A stretch of DNA of 15,076 bases, from positions 1 to 15,076 of the forward strand of contig DAOLIT010000112.1 of assembly GCA_035328405.1 (NCBI GenBank), given 5' to 3'. Made by a program: the position numbers and the translations under genes. Shown here in pieces: positions 6,742-13,745 of the stretch. This stretch comes from Pseudomonadota bacterium. GTDB taxonomy: Bacteria; Myxococcota_A; Polyangia; Palsa-1104; JAEUJZ01. The notes beneath the pieces are model-generated. The model ran no database searches, was not told the origin of the DNA, and worked only from the letters and a program-made list of their open reading frames with translations. How positions within the stretch are numbered: the stretch's first letter is position 1; each line of letters begins with the position of its first letter.

Positions 6742-6810
6742 AGGGGTGTGGTATAGGGTGCGATAGGGGTGCGATAGGGGTGTGGTAAGGGGTGCGATAG
6801 GGGGCGCGAT
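6742..6810 (+). repeat. Six imperfect tandem copies of an 11-12-nt G-tract unit (AGGGGTGCGAT / AGGGGTGTGGT). There are six GGG(G) runs spaced ~11 nt apart.
   Basis: Direct reading of 6742-6810: aggggtgtggt atagggtgcgat aggggtgcgat aggggtgtggta aggggtgcgat agggggcgcgat. It is located 70-140 bp upstream of the MVP start. Confidence 0.85.
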
Positions 6811-6838
6811 GATGGAAGAACAGGGATGTATCGGTAGG

Positions 6839-6870
6839 AGCGTTAGAGCGTTAGAGCGTTAGAGCGTTTT
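6839..6870 (+). repeat. GAGCGTTA x3 plus GAGCGTTT: an octamer tandem repeat spanning the stop codon of the upstream lipoprotein gene
   Basis: Direct reading: gagcgtta gagcgtta gagcgtta gagcgttt (6839-6870). The minus-strand TAA stop of the 6859-8694 CDS is the revcomp of the 'tta' at 6859-6861, inside copy 3. Confidence 0.9.
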
Positions 6871-8694
6871 CATGAGGACCGTGCCGCCTGTTCCGACGGC
6901 ATGGAGGGTTCCGCCCTTGAGGTAGAGCTGGAACAAATCGTTGCGGGTGAAGGTGGGAAAAGGCTTCCAGGTGCCATCGCGGTTCTGAAGCACAGACCCC
7001 TGTGCGCCCGCGACCCACACCGCAGAAGCCGATGTGCCGACGACACTCCACAAAGAAATGGTGACGCCCGAGGATTCGGCGACCCATGCGCCGGCTTTGC
7101 GACGCAGCACGGTGCCTTGTTCACCGACGGCAAAGGCATTGTCGGTATCCGCAGCCCAAACACCGAGCAAGTTCGTGTTTTTGGGGGTTGTTTCCGCTTT
7201 CCATTGGCCTGCACTTCGGCGAACGATGCTGCCTGACGTGCCGACGGCATAGACGTTGTTGGCATCGACAACCCACAGTCCGAACAGGTCAGCGGTGGTG
7301 CCGCTGGTTTCGGGGGTCCAGGTGGTTCCGTCCCAGCGCGCGATGCAACCGGCCTGGCCGACCATGTAGATGTTGTTGGCTGCGGTTCCCATGATGCCTC
7401 GCGGAGCGGGAACAGGGGTCGAAGTGGTAGTCCAAGCGGTGCCGTTGTAGCGCAACACTGCGCCGGTCGGTCCAACGGCCCACAGGTCGGTGGGTGAGGC
7501 CCCCCAAATGGCCCACAAGGGGAACTTCATGCCGGATGAAACGGCCTGCCAAGTGGTACCTGTTGCGCGGTAGGTTCCGCCTTTGTCTCCGACGACCCAA
7601 AGGTCCTGACCAGCGGAAAATATGCCGTTGAGGGTTTCTTGATTGCCGGTGCGGTTTGCGAACGTGATTCCGTCGAAGGAAAAGGTGGTTCCGTAGTCTC
7701 CGACGGCCCAAAAATCGGTCGGGGTGGTGGTCAGGGCGCTCAGCCGCGCGTCGGTTTGGGTGGCTTGGAGTTTCCATGTGCCGGATTCGAGTCGATGTGT
7801 GGAGCCAAGAGATGATGTGGTGAGAACGACGCCATTTTTCTCGGCCACAGCGATCAGATCTCGGGTGGTACCTGGGTTGGAGAGACTCCAAGTGCCGTTT
7901 GTGTTCCTCAGAAACGTCCCGCGATGGCCGACGGCATACACGTCACCGGTCGGTGTTGCGTGTACGCCGCGCAAGGTCTCTTGGGTGCCGGTGGGGTGGA
8001 GCGAAAAGGAGGTGCCGTCGTAATGCAGGATGGTTCCTGTGTCCCCGACAAACCACAGGTCTTTGGAAGAACGACCAGACACGGCGTACAGGGGTGCCTC
8101 GGTGGAAGACGAGATTTTTTGGCAGCCGTCATCTGTGAGGTGCAACACGGTTCCCTGATCGCCCGCAATCCAAGCGTCAGATGAGGAAAACGCGACGACA
8201 CCGAATAGGGTTGCGGTGGTGGGGCAGAAGGCACGCGACCACCGGCTTTGCGAAATGCGCAGTACCGTGCCGTTTGCACCGACGGCGATGGCATCGGTTG
8301 GCGATAACGCGGCCACGCCATGCAAATCGTCGGTAATGCCGGTGCGAAAGGATGAAAAACCTTGGGAAGACAGTCTCCAGAGTGCACCTAGTTCTCCGAC
8401 GGCAAAACCGCTTTGCGAAGACAAGACGGACACCCCGAGGAGGGTTTGGCCAGAGGGCTTTGGATTGTTCCAACAGAAATCGCTCTCGGCGCAGGGCAAA
8501 AAGGAACCCTCGGTGTTGGTGGGAGGTTCGGGCGGTTTGGGTTCGCAGATTTCGGTTTCCAGGTTGCAGTGTTCGGTGGGTCCGCAGGCGGAAGGGGTTT
8601 GTACGCAATTTTCAGCAACGCCGTGTTTGAACCCAGACCACAGGCCGTCACAACCCGCGACCACCAAAAACCCGAGCAGACTCCTTTTCAGCAT
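6859..8694 (-). CDS. Secreted lipoprotein. It has a Cys-rich N-terminal region, then ~14 beta-propeller blades of the Ycf48/BNR-like type (WxVG..GT.L....G..W repeats), so probably two 7-bladed propellers.
   Basis: From Met 8694 the protein reads 'MLKRSLLGFLVVAGC', a signal peptide with an LVAGC lipobox. The ORF-track start at 8766 adds 24 non-signal residues and is rejected; GGAGA lies upstream of 8694. There are 8 Cys in the next ~60 aa. Repeats follow, such as 'DLWFVGDTGTILHYDGTSFS', 'DLWAVGPTGAVLRYNGTAWT', 'NVYAVGTSGSIVRRSAGQWK', 'AVGEQGTVLRRKAGAWV'. Confidence 0.7.
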   Translation of the reverse strand: MLKRSLLGFLVVAGCDGLWSGFKHGVAENCVQTPSACGPTEHCNLETEICEPKPPEPPTNTEGSFLPCAESDFCWNNPKPSGQTLLGVSVLSSQSGFAVGELGALWRLSSQGFSSFRTGITDDLHGVAALSPTDAIAVGANGTVLRISQSRWSRAFCPTTATLFGVVAFSSSDAWIAGDQGTVLHLTDDGCQKISSSTEAPLYAVSGRSSKDLWFVGDTGTILHYDGTSFSLHPTGTQETLRGVHATPTGDVYAVGHRGTFLRNTNGTWSLSNPGTTRDLIAVAEKNGVVLTTSSLGSTHRLESGTWKLQATQTDARLSALTTTPTDFWAVGDYGTTFSFDGITFANRTGNQETLNGIFSAGQDLWVVGDKGGTYRATGTTWQAVSSGMKFPLWAIWGASPTDLWAVGPTGAVLRYNGTAWTTTSTPVPAPRGIMGTAANNIYMVGQAGCIARWDGTTWTPETSGTTADLFGLWVVDANNVYAVGTSGSIVRRSAGQWKAETTPKNTNLLGVWAADTDNAFAVGEQGTVLRRKAGAWVAESSGVTISLWSVVGTSASAVWVAGAQGSVLQNRDGTWKPFPTFTRNDLFQLYLKGGTLHAVGTGGTVLMKTL

Positions 8695-8783
8695 GTGGCT
8701 TCTCCGCTCTCCCGCAAACCATGGGCACCAAAGAACAAGTGTCTTCGATCCGCCGTGCGTCGCCAAACAGTTCTCCCAAATCG

Positions 8784-8811
8784 TTCAAAACGTGGGGGTT
8801 TTGTTCCCCTG
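8784..8811 (-). terminator. Weak intrinsic-terminator-like hairpin downstream of the ABC transporter gene (minus strand: aGGGGaacaaaaCCCCc followed by ACGUUUUG)
   Basis: Plus strand 8794-8810 is gggggttttgttcccct. The stem is only 4-5 bp and the U-tract is short and interrupted. It lies in the 190-bp gap between the ABC stop (8888) and the lipoprotein start (8694). Confidence 0.2.
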
Positions 8812-8887
8812 AAAAACCGCACTCGTTCATACATCGCAAAGTCGAACGTAGAGACTTTTCGGCACAGGGGTAGGTTCGGGTGCTTTT

Positions 8888-10693
8888 TTACAGATAGCCT
8901 TTGGCTTGTTTGTGGAACATCGAGGCGTAAAGACCCTCGCGGGCAAGGAGCTCGGCGTGGCTGCCTTGTTCGGCGATGCCGTCTTGTTCCAGGACGATGA
9001 TGTGATCGGCCCTGCGAACGGTGGGAAATCGGTGCGAGATCAGGATCAGGGTGCGGCCTTTTTGCAGCTCGCGAACGCGCTCGAAGACCTCGGCTTCGGC
9101 CTCGACATCGAGGGCAGCGGTGGGTTCGTCGAGGACAACAATGTCTGCGTCGCGCCGCATGAGGGCTCGGGACAACGCGATGCGCTGCCATTGTCCGCCA
9201 GACAAATCGACGCCGTTTTCAAACCAGCGTCCGAGCTGCGTGGACAAACCCTGCGGCAGTTTGTCCACGACGGGTTTGGCCCCGCCTTGCTCGATGGCTT
9301 CGAGCACCCGCGGTTGGTCGTCTTTGCGCTGGGGATCGCCAAGGGCCACGTTGTCAAACGCGGTGAAGTGGTACTGGTTGAAATCCTGAAACACGACGGC
9401 GAGCCGTTTGCGCAGGAGGTCTTGCGGCAGCGTTTGCAAATCCTGACCATCCAGCAGAACGCGCCCCTCCGTTGGTGGATAGAGCCCGGTCAGAAGTTTG
9501 ATGAAGGTGGTTTTTCCGGCACCGTTCGGACCCACGAGCGCCAAACTTTGCCCGGCAGGAATCCACAAATTCAGGTTGCGCAGGACGAAACGGTCTTGGC
9601 CTGGATAGCGGAAGCCCAGGTTCTCAAAACGGATGCCGCGTTCGTTTTGTGCGGACGCACTGTGCGCCGGCAAAAGCTTGGTTTCGGTGCCAGTCGGAAG
9701 GGCCAAAAAGTCGAACAGATTGGACAGATACAGATCGTGTTCGTACAGCGCGCCGATTCCGAACAGGACGGCTTGAAAGGCCTGCTGGCCTCGTTGAAAG
9801 GCAATTGCATACAGCGCCATGTCTCCGAACGGCAACGCGCCGGTGACGGCCCGGTACACGATCACGACATAACAGCCGTAATACGCGAGGGTTCCAAGCT
9901 GCGACAAAAACGTCACGGCCAGAAGTCGGCGCACGGTCAGGCTTTGCTCTTCGTGAAAGAGCGTTTCGCCGAGCGCCTTGTATCGATCGAACAGCGTCGG
10001 CCCCACGCCCAACACGAGGACTTCTTTGGCGTGCTCGTCGCTGGTCAGGATGTATTCCAAGTAACTCAGACGCCGACCCTCTTGCGAGCGACGGTTGCGT
10101 AGCTCGAAAGCGTGGCGTGAATAACGTACCTCGGCGATCGCCGCCGGAAAGGCTGCGAGCACCATCACCAAAAAGGCCAGCGGTTCAAAACTCAACAGCA
10201 GCAGCACCGAGCCGATCAGTGTGATGAGCGCCGCGCCCAGCCCGAGGACCTCCGCCGTGACCATGACGGGACGAAACCCGGACTCCTTTTTGGCGCGGTT
10301 GAGCTGGTCGTAAAACGCGGGGTCTTGAAAGTGCGGAAGCGACAGCGACAGGGTTTTGTTCAAAATGCGCAGGTTGACCTCAAAACCGAGCCGGAAACTC
10401 ATCAAACCGCGCAGGGCGGACGCGCCGCGCATCGTCGCTCCGAGCAAGACCGCAATGCCCAGCTCGCACAGGACGTACAGCAGAGCTTCGCGCGTGTGCC
10501 GGGTGATGGCAGCGTCGAGGATTCGTTTCCCCACCCACGCCATGGCCAGCGGCAGCACCGCCGAAATGCCCAGCAAAAGCATCCACACAAACGCAAGCCT
10601 CGGGGCGCATTCCCACGCAAGCTGCACGGCCTTTGCGCCGCGAACGAGAGGCGCAAACCGCGTCGAAGGTTGGTTTGGTTTTTCAGCAGCCAT
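8888..10693 (-). CDS. ABC exporter, fused permease-ATPase (type I exporter, MdnE/MsbA-like), 601 aa
   Basis: N-terminal half has 6 predicted TM helices. C-terminal NBD has Walker A 'GPNGAGKTT', ABC signature 'LSGGQWQRIALSRAL', Walker B 'IVVLDEPTAALD' and H-loop 'ILISHR'. Its start is 15 nt after the ATP-grasp stop. Confidence 0.9.
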   Translation of the reverse strand: MAAEKPNQPSTRFAPLVRGAKAVQLAWECAPRLAFVWMLLLGISAVLPLAMAWVGKRILDAAITRHTREALLYVLCELGIAVLLGATMRGASALRGLMSFRLGFEVNLRILNKTLSLSLPHFQDPAFYDQLNRAKKESGFRPVMVTAEVLGLGAALITLIGSVLLLLSFEPLAFLVMVLAAFPAAIAEVRYSRHAFELRNRRSQEGRRLSYLEYILTSDEHAKEVLVLGVGPTLFDRYKALGETLFHEEQSLTVRRLLAVTFLSQLGTLAYYGCYVVIVYRAVTGALPFGDMALYAIAFQRGQQAFQAVLFGIGALYEHDLYLSNLFDFLALPTGTETKLLPAHSASAQNERGIRFENLGFRYPGQDRFVLRNLNLWIPAGQSLALVGPNGAGKTTFIKLLTGLYPPTEGRVLLDGQDLQTLPQDLLRKRLAVVFQDFNQYHFTAFDNVALGDPQRKDDQPRVLEAIEQGGAKPVVDKLPQGLSTQLGRWFENGVDLSGGQWQRIALSRALMRRDADIVVLDEPTAALDVEAEAEVFERVRELQKGRTLILISHRFPTVRRADHIIVLEQDGIAEQGSHAELLAREGLYASMFHKQAKGYL

Positions 10694-10708
10694 GGGTCTT
10701 AAACGGTC

Positions 10709-11728
10709 TTAGGAAACCTTGCGTCGGGCACCGGGCACATCCAGCAGCACATCCGCCAGCGCATCGGCCAGCGGAAAGTGAGGTTCGTAATGTTGCAGCC
10801 AAAAGCACTCGCCGACGGGATTCGCTTCCAGAAAGACGTATCGACCGCTCGGTTCGACAATCATGTCGATCGCGCTGTATTGCACGCCCATCACCTGCAT
10901 GTAGGCGCGCAGTTTTTCTTCGATCTCGGCGGGCAACGTGTGTAGCTGCCACGCATTCACCAACGCCAGGCCGCGCTCGCGCCAATCGGTTTCTGCACCT
11001 TCCATCGCTTGCGAATCCACGGCTGCGGTGAAGAACCGCTGGCCGACCACCGTGATGCGCAGCTCCAGTTTTTTGGGGATGTGCTCTTGAAACACCATCG
11101 GGCAAAAACGCAACTGGTCGAGTTTTTCCAAAAGTTCGGGCCGAAACTTCGTCGTGAACACCACCTGTTCCCGGCCCTGTTCGTCATAGATCGCAAACGA
11201 CGCAAGCATCTTGACGACCGCGCCGTTCGAGCAACTTCCCAAAAACGAACGCGCCTCTTCGGGATGGTTGGTCATGATCGTCCGAGGCGTCACCAGGCCG
11301 ACCTTTCGGGCGACGGCTTGTTGATACGGTTTGTTTTCGTTGGTTCGGACCCGTGCGGGTGGGTCCATCACAAAACACGGCGCGGCTTGCAGCACGCCCC
11401 GCGACAGCGCAATCGTTTCATCCAGACTGGCGCGCAGGAATTGCCGGTCCATGCTTTTGGGCAACTTCGCGCCCCACTTCGCGCGTCGATAAAAAATCGC
11501 ATCGTGCGCACCGATCGTGTGTGAAGCGCCTTCCAGCCAAAACCGCAATTGCTCGCCGTGTTCGTCTTGAAAAAACGTGACCTGGTTCTCGACCGGAAAT
11601 TCGTCCGTATTCCATCGCAGCATGCGCCCGCCGCGCGCGTCGATCGCTTTGTCCAGCTCGGACAAAAGGCCCGTGACATCTTCTGTGTGCGTCACGACCA
11701 AGACTTGCTTCAGATCCTGTGTGCCCAT
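10709..11728 (-). CDS. Graspetide (microviridin/marinostatin-class RiPP) macrocyclase: ATP-grasp ligase of the MdnB/MdnC (MvdC/MvdD) family
   Basis: From Met 11728: 'MGTQDLKQVLVVTHTEDVTG...FYRRAKWGAKLPKSMDRQFLRASLDE...QFCPMVFQEHIPKKLELRITVVGQRFFTAAVDSQAMEGAETDWR...AIDMIVEPSGRYVFLEANPVGECFWL'. This matches MdnC-type blocks such as 'WYRRMRYGLKLPDGMDSQFREASL', 'ELRITIVGEQIFTAAINSQ..DWR' and 'AIDMIVTPDERYIFLEINPVGEFFWL'. The ORF-track start at 11800 is a 24-codon upstream extension. Confidence 0.85.
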   Translation of the reverse strand: MGTQDLKQVLVVTHTEDVTGLLSELDKAIDARGGRMLRWNTDEFPVENQVTFFQDEHGEQLRFWLEGASHTIGAHDAIFYRRAKWGAKLPKSMDRQFLRASLDETIALSRGVLQAAPCFVMDPPARVRTNENKPYQQAVARKVGLVTPRTIMTNHPEEARSFLGSCSNGAVVKMLASFAIYDEQGREQVVFTTKFRPELLEKLDQLRFCPMVFQEHIPKKLELRITVVGQRFFTAAVDSQAMEGAETDWRERGLALVNAWQLHTLPAEIEEKLRAYMQVMGVQYSAIDMIVEPSGRYVFLEANPVGECFWLQHYEPHFPLADALADVLLDVPGARRKVS

Positions 11729-11878
11729 GTCGGAAACCCCATTGTGTTTTGCAGGCCTTGCAGACTGGAGCGGCAAGGGCGGAAGCGACACCGCCCCCAC
11801 CGCAGACAGCCTCTGCGCCCCAAACCAGTCGCTTGCTAGCCGCTTGGGCCATTGTCTGGGAGCGCGTTGGGTCTTTGT

Positions 11879-12055
11879 CTAGATGTTGATGGGATCGGCA
11901 TCGTCGTCGCTCGGGTATCGCAACGTCGGAGGCGGATCGGAGTCAGATGGGAATTTCTTGGTTGTGTCGGCTTGCAGATCCGAATCCCTGATTTGTTCCG
12001 ACAACAGGTGGGCAAAGAAAGGCAGGTTTTGGCCGTCGACAATTTTTCTGGACAT
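11879..12055 (-). CDS. Graspetide precursor peptide (58 aa) with a PFFARFL-type leader motif and two tandem marinostatin-like cores
   Basis: Translation from ATG 12055, which has an AGGGGGA SD at 6-nt spacing: 'MSRKIVDGQNLPFFAHLLSEQIRDSDLQADTTKKFPSDSDPPPTLRYPSDDDADPINI*'. The leader 'LPFFAHLL' matches the microviridin leader recognition motif PFFARFL. The cores 'TTKKFPSDSD' and 'TLRYPSDDDAD' match marinostatin 'ATMRYPSDSDE' and the microviridin TxKYPSD(W)EE consensus. It lies 150 bp upstream of the ATP-grasp gene. The stop TAG is at 11879-11881. Confidence 0.7.
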   Translation of the reverse strand: MSRKIVDGQNLPFFAHLLSEQIRDSDLQADTTKKFPSDSDPPPTLRYPSDDDADPINI

Positions 12056-12173
12056 GTTTTTCCCCCTCATGTCCCGCTGGAACACCACCTTGGTGATCCT
12101 TTTGTGGAGGGCGGGACGGTGGTCATGATGAAACAGAAATGTTCAGCCGAGAAGGTCTCCATTGACCCCACTG

Positions 12174-13679
12174 TCAGCTTGGTTTTCCGCGCGCGGACCA
12201 CACCGCTCCTGCCATCCCCGAAAACAGCAGCAGCAGCAGCGCAAAACCGTACCGGGTGTGTCGCTGGTTGCCCCACAGCCAATCGAGCGCCCACACATCC
12301 AGACGCCACCGCGCAAACTCGTCCCCAAGCGGCAGTTTGATCCGCAAGAGCTTCTGCCAAGGCGCATCGCGCTCGACGTTCGGGTCTTTTTGCAGCGTGT
12401 GTTTTAGCACCCAAGCGTGGCCGACGAGCGGCGAAAACTGCGGCACGAAGTAACCGAACGGATGATGGTCTTCGCTCCAGCTTGGGTGCAGCGCGTGCGT
12501 CTTCACTTGCGCCAGCACCCGACAGTAATGATCCCAATACACCGCGCTCCCGAGCACGGCGGACGTGCCTCCCACAAGCGCGCACGACACAAGCGCAATT
12601 CGCGCGGTCGTTTTTCGTTCTTCCCACCACCGCACAAGCAACGGCAAAGCCAGCCACAGCAAGAGCGGCACCGTCGGCACCAAGTAACGCGGCCCAAAAC
12701 AATAACCGCCGTGCCAGACCGGGTATTTGGCGGACACAAAAAGCACTGGCAGGAAAAACGACACCACGACCATCACCACCGCTTGGTGCGTCTGCCAGGC
12801 TTGCCGCAAACCCCACAGCGACAGCACGACCGGCGGAGCAAAAAACAGCAGCCCTTTTCCCGGCGACAGCAAAAGACCAAACAGGCCCGCAGGCAGCTCG
12901 CCCTCGAACAGACCGAGTTGCCCGCTTTGATAGCCCGTTTGCAGAAAGTGCCCCGTCTTCACCGCGTTGTGCTGCACGAACACCCACAAGCCCGGCAGTG
13001 CGCAAAGCCCGGCCAGCGCAAGCCGCCACGCGACGCGCAGCAGTCCATCCCGCCATCGCGCCCACACGAACACGCCCACCGCCGACGGCAGGATCGCCGC
13101 ATACAGCGGTTTGGCGACAAACAGCATCCCGAAGCACAGCCCCAACAGCGCGCACAGCCCGGCCCTGGGCGCTTCGCACGCCGACAGAAGCAGGTCCGCC
13201 ATCCACACGAGCAAAAGCGTTTGCAGCGCCTCTCCGTACGAGCTCCGCGCGTACACCAAACACACCGTTGCAAACGCCAGCACGAGCGACCACGAAAAAC
13301 CCAGCCGCAACGTCGCTCCCATCCGCACCGAGCGCCGCGCAAACAGCGCCACCGCAAGCGCCATGCACAGCGCCGGCACAAGGTGCGAGCACAGCGCCAG
13401 CAGCGGCCCCTGCGCAATCCCCGGCAGCTTCGACAGCCTGCGTTGCAAAAGGACCGCCGGCACCTGCGACAGCGCCGTCCCGAGCGATCCGTACCCGTAC
13501 TTTTTCCCGTTCCGTTCCACAAAAAAGTACGACGGCGCGGCCAGATCAATCGATAGCTCGTGCCGTTCCACCATCGCTTGGGCCGTTTTCCACGCCACGT
13601 TTGCATCGGCCCATGGGGGCTCTCGGCCTCCCACAAGCAGAAACGCGCAGAACAGAAACAGCGTCAGACGAGCAAACAT
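12174..13679 (-). CDS. Polytopic inner-membrane protein (501 aa, >=10 predicted TM helices), probably a GT-C fold glycosyltransferase (ArnT/PMT_2-like)
   Basis: Highly hydrophobic, with regularly spaced helices 'MFARLTLFLFCAFLLVGG...', 'LLLVWMADLLLSA', 'LLSPGKGLLFFAPPVVLSLWGL', 'LLLWLALPLLVRWW'. It has an N-terminal periplasmic-loop-like region 'REPPWADANVAWKTAQAMVERHEL...YGYGSLG'. Family assignment is tentative. The overlapping 441-aa Ala/Arg-rich ORF at 12067-13392(-) is treated as a shadow. Confidence 0.5.
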   Translation of the reverse strand: MFARLTLFLFCAFLLVGGREPPWADANVAWKTAQAMVERHELSIDLAAPSYFFVERNGKKYGYGSLGTALSQVPAVLLQRRLSKLPGIAQGPLLALCSHLVPALCMALAVALFARRSVRMGATLRLGFSWSLVLAFATVCLVYARSSYGEALQTLLLVWMADLLLSACEAPRAGLCALLGLCFGMLFVAKPLYAAILPSAVGVFVWARWRDGLLRVAWRLALAGLCALPGLWVFVQHNAVKTGHFLQTGYQSGQLGLFEGELPAGLFGLLLSPGKGLLFFAPPVVLSLWGLRQAWQTHQAVVMVVVSFFLPVLFVSAKYPVWHGGYCFGPRYLVPTVPLLLWLALPLLVRWWEERKTTARIALVSCALVGGTSAVLGSAVYWDHYCRVLAQVKTHALHPSWSEDHHPFGYFVPQFSPLVGHAWVLKHTLQKDPNVERDAPWQKLLRIKLPLGDEFARWRLDVWALDWLWGNQRHTRYGFALLLLLFSGMAGAVWSARGKPS

Positions 13680-13745
13680 GCGCCAAACGTATCACTTTTG
13701 CGACGGCTGCGGCTTGCGGCATAGTCACGGCATACTGAACCATCC
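13680..13745. promoter_or_regulatory. 66-bp divergent intergenic region between the GT-C gene (-) and the metallophosphoesterase gene (+). A candidate sigma70-like pair is TTGCGA(13698-13703)-N17-ATAGTC reading towards the plus-strand gene.
   Basis: Position between divergent start codons. The hexamers match consensus only weakly. Confidence 0.25.

Noticed and set aside
6742-6870. Tandem repeat arrays considered as a CRISPR array
   Set aside because: Units are 8-12 nt with no intervening unique spacers. This is incompatible with CRISPR repeat-spacer architecture.
6859-8766. Longer start (Met 8766) for the lipoprotein ORF as given in the ORF track
   Set aside because: The extra 24 residues 'MATHGGSKTLVLWCPWFAGERRSH' are not signal-like. 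Met 8694 gives a canonical lipoprotein signal peptide and has an upstream GGAGA.
8859-8887. 'gcacaggggtaggttcgggtgctttttta' considered as a tRNA fragment (GGTTCGGG T-loop-like) or as an intrinsic terminator
   Set aside because: No acceptor or anticodon arms can be built. The 4-bp stem with a T-tract is on the plus strand, whereas the upstream gene is on the minus strand.
11418-11852. 144-aa minus ORF overlapping the 5' end of the ATP-grasp gene. Considered as a possible second precursor peptide.
   Set aside because: It has no PFFARFL-like leader and no TxKxPSD core. It overlaps the ligase in a different frame.
12056-12173. Inverted repeat gtcccgc(12072-12078)/gcgggac(12111-12117) upstream of the precursor gene considered as a terminator
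   Set aside because: 7-bp stem with a ~32-nt loop and no U-tract on the minus-strand transcript. More likely incidental or part of the precursor's 5' UTR.
12067-13392. 441-aa minus-strand ORF rich in Ala/Arg/Gly ('MLAPCAGAVHGACGG...')
   Set aside because: It overlaps the 501-aa polytopic membrane ORF in another frame. Its composition is typical of an out-of-frame GC-rich shadow, with no recognisable domain.
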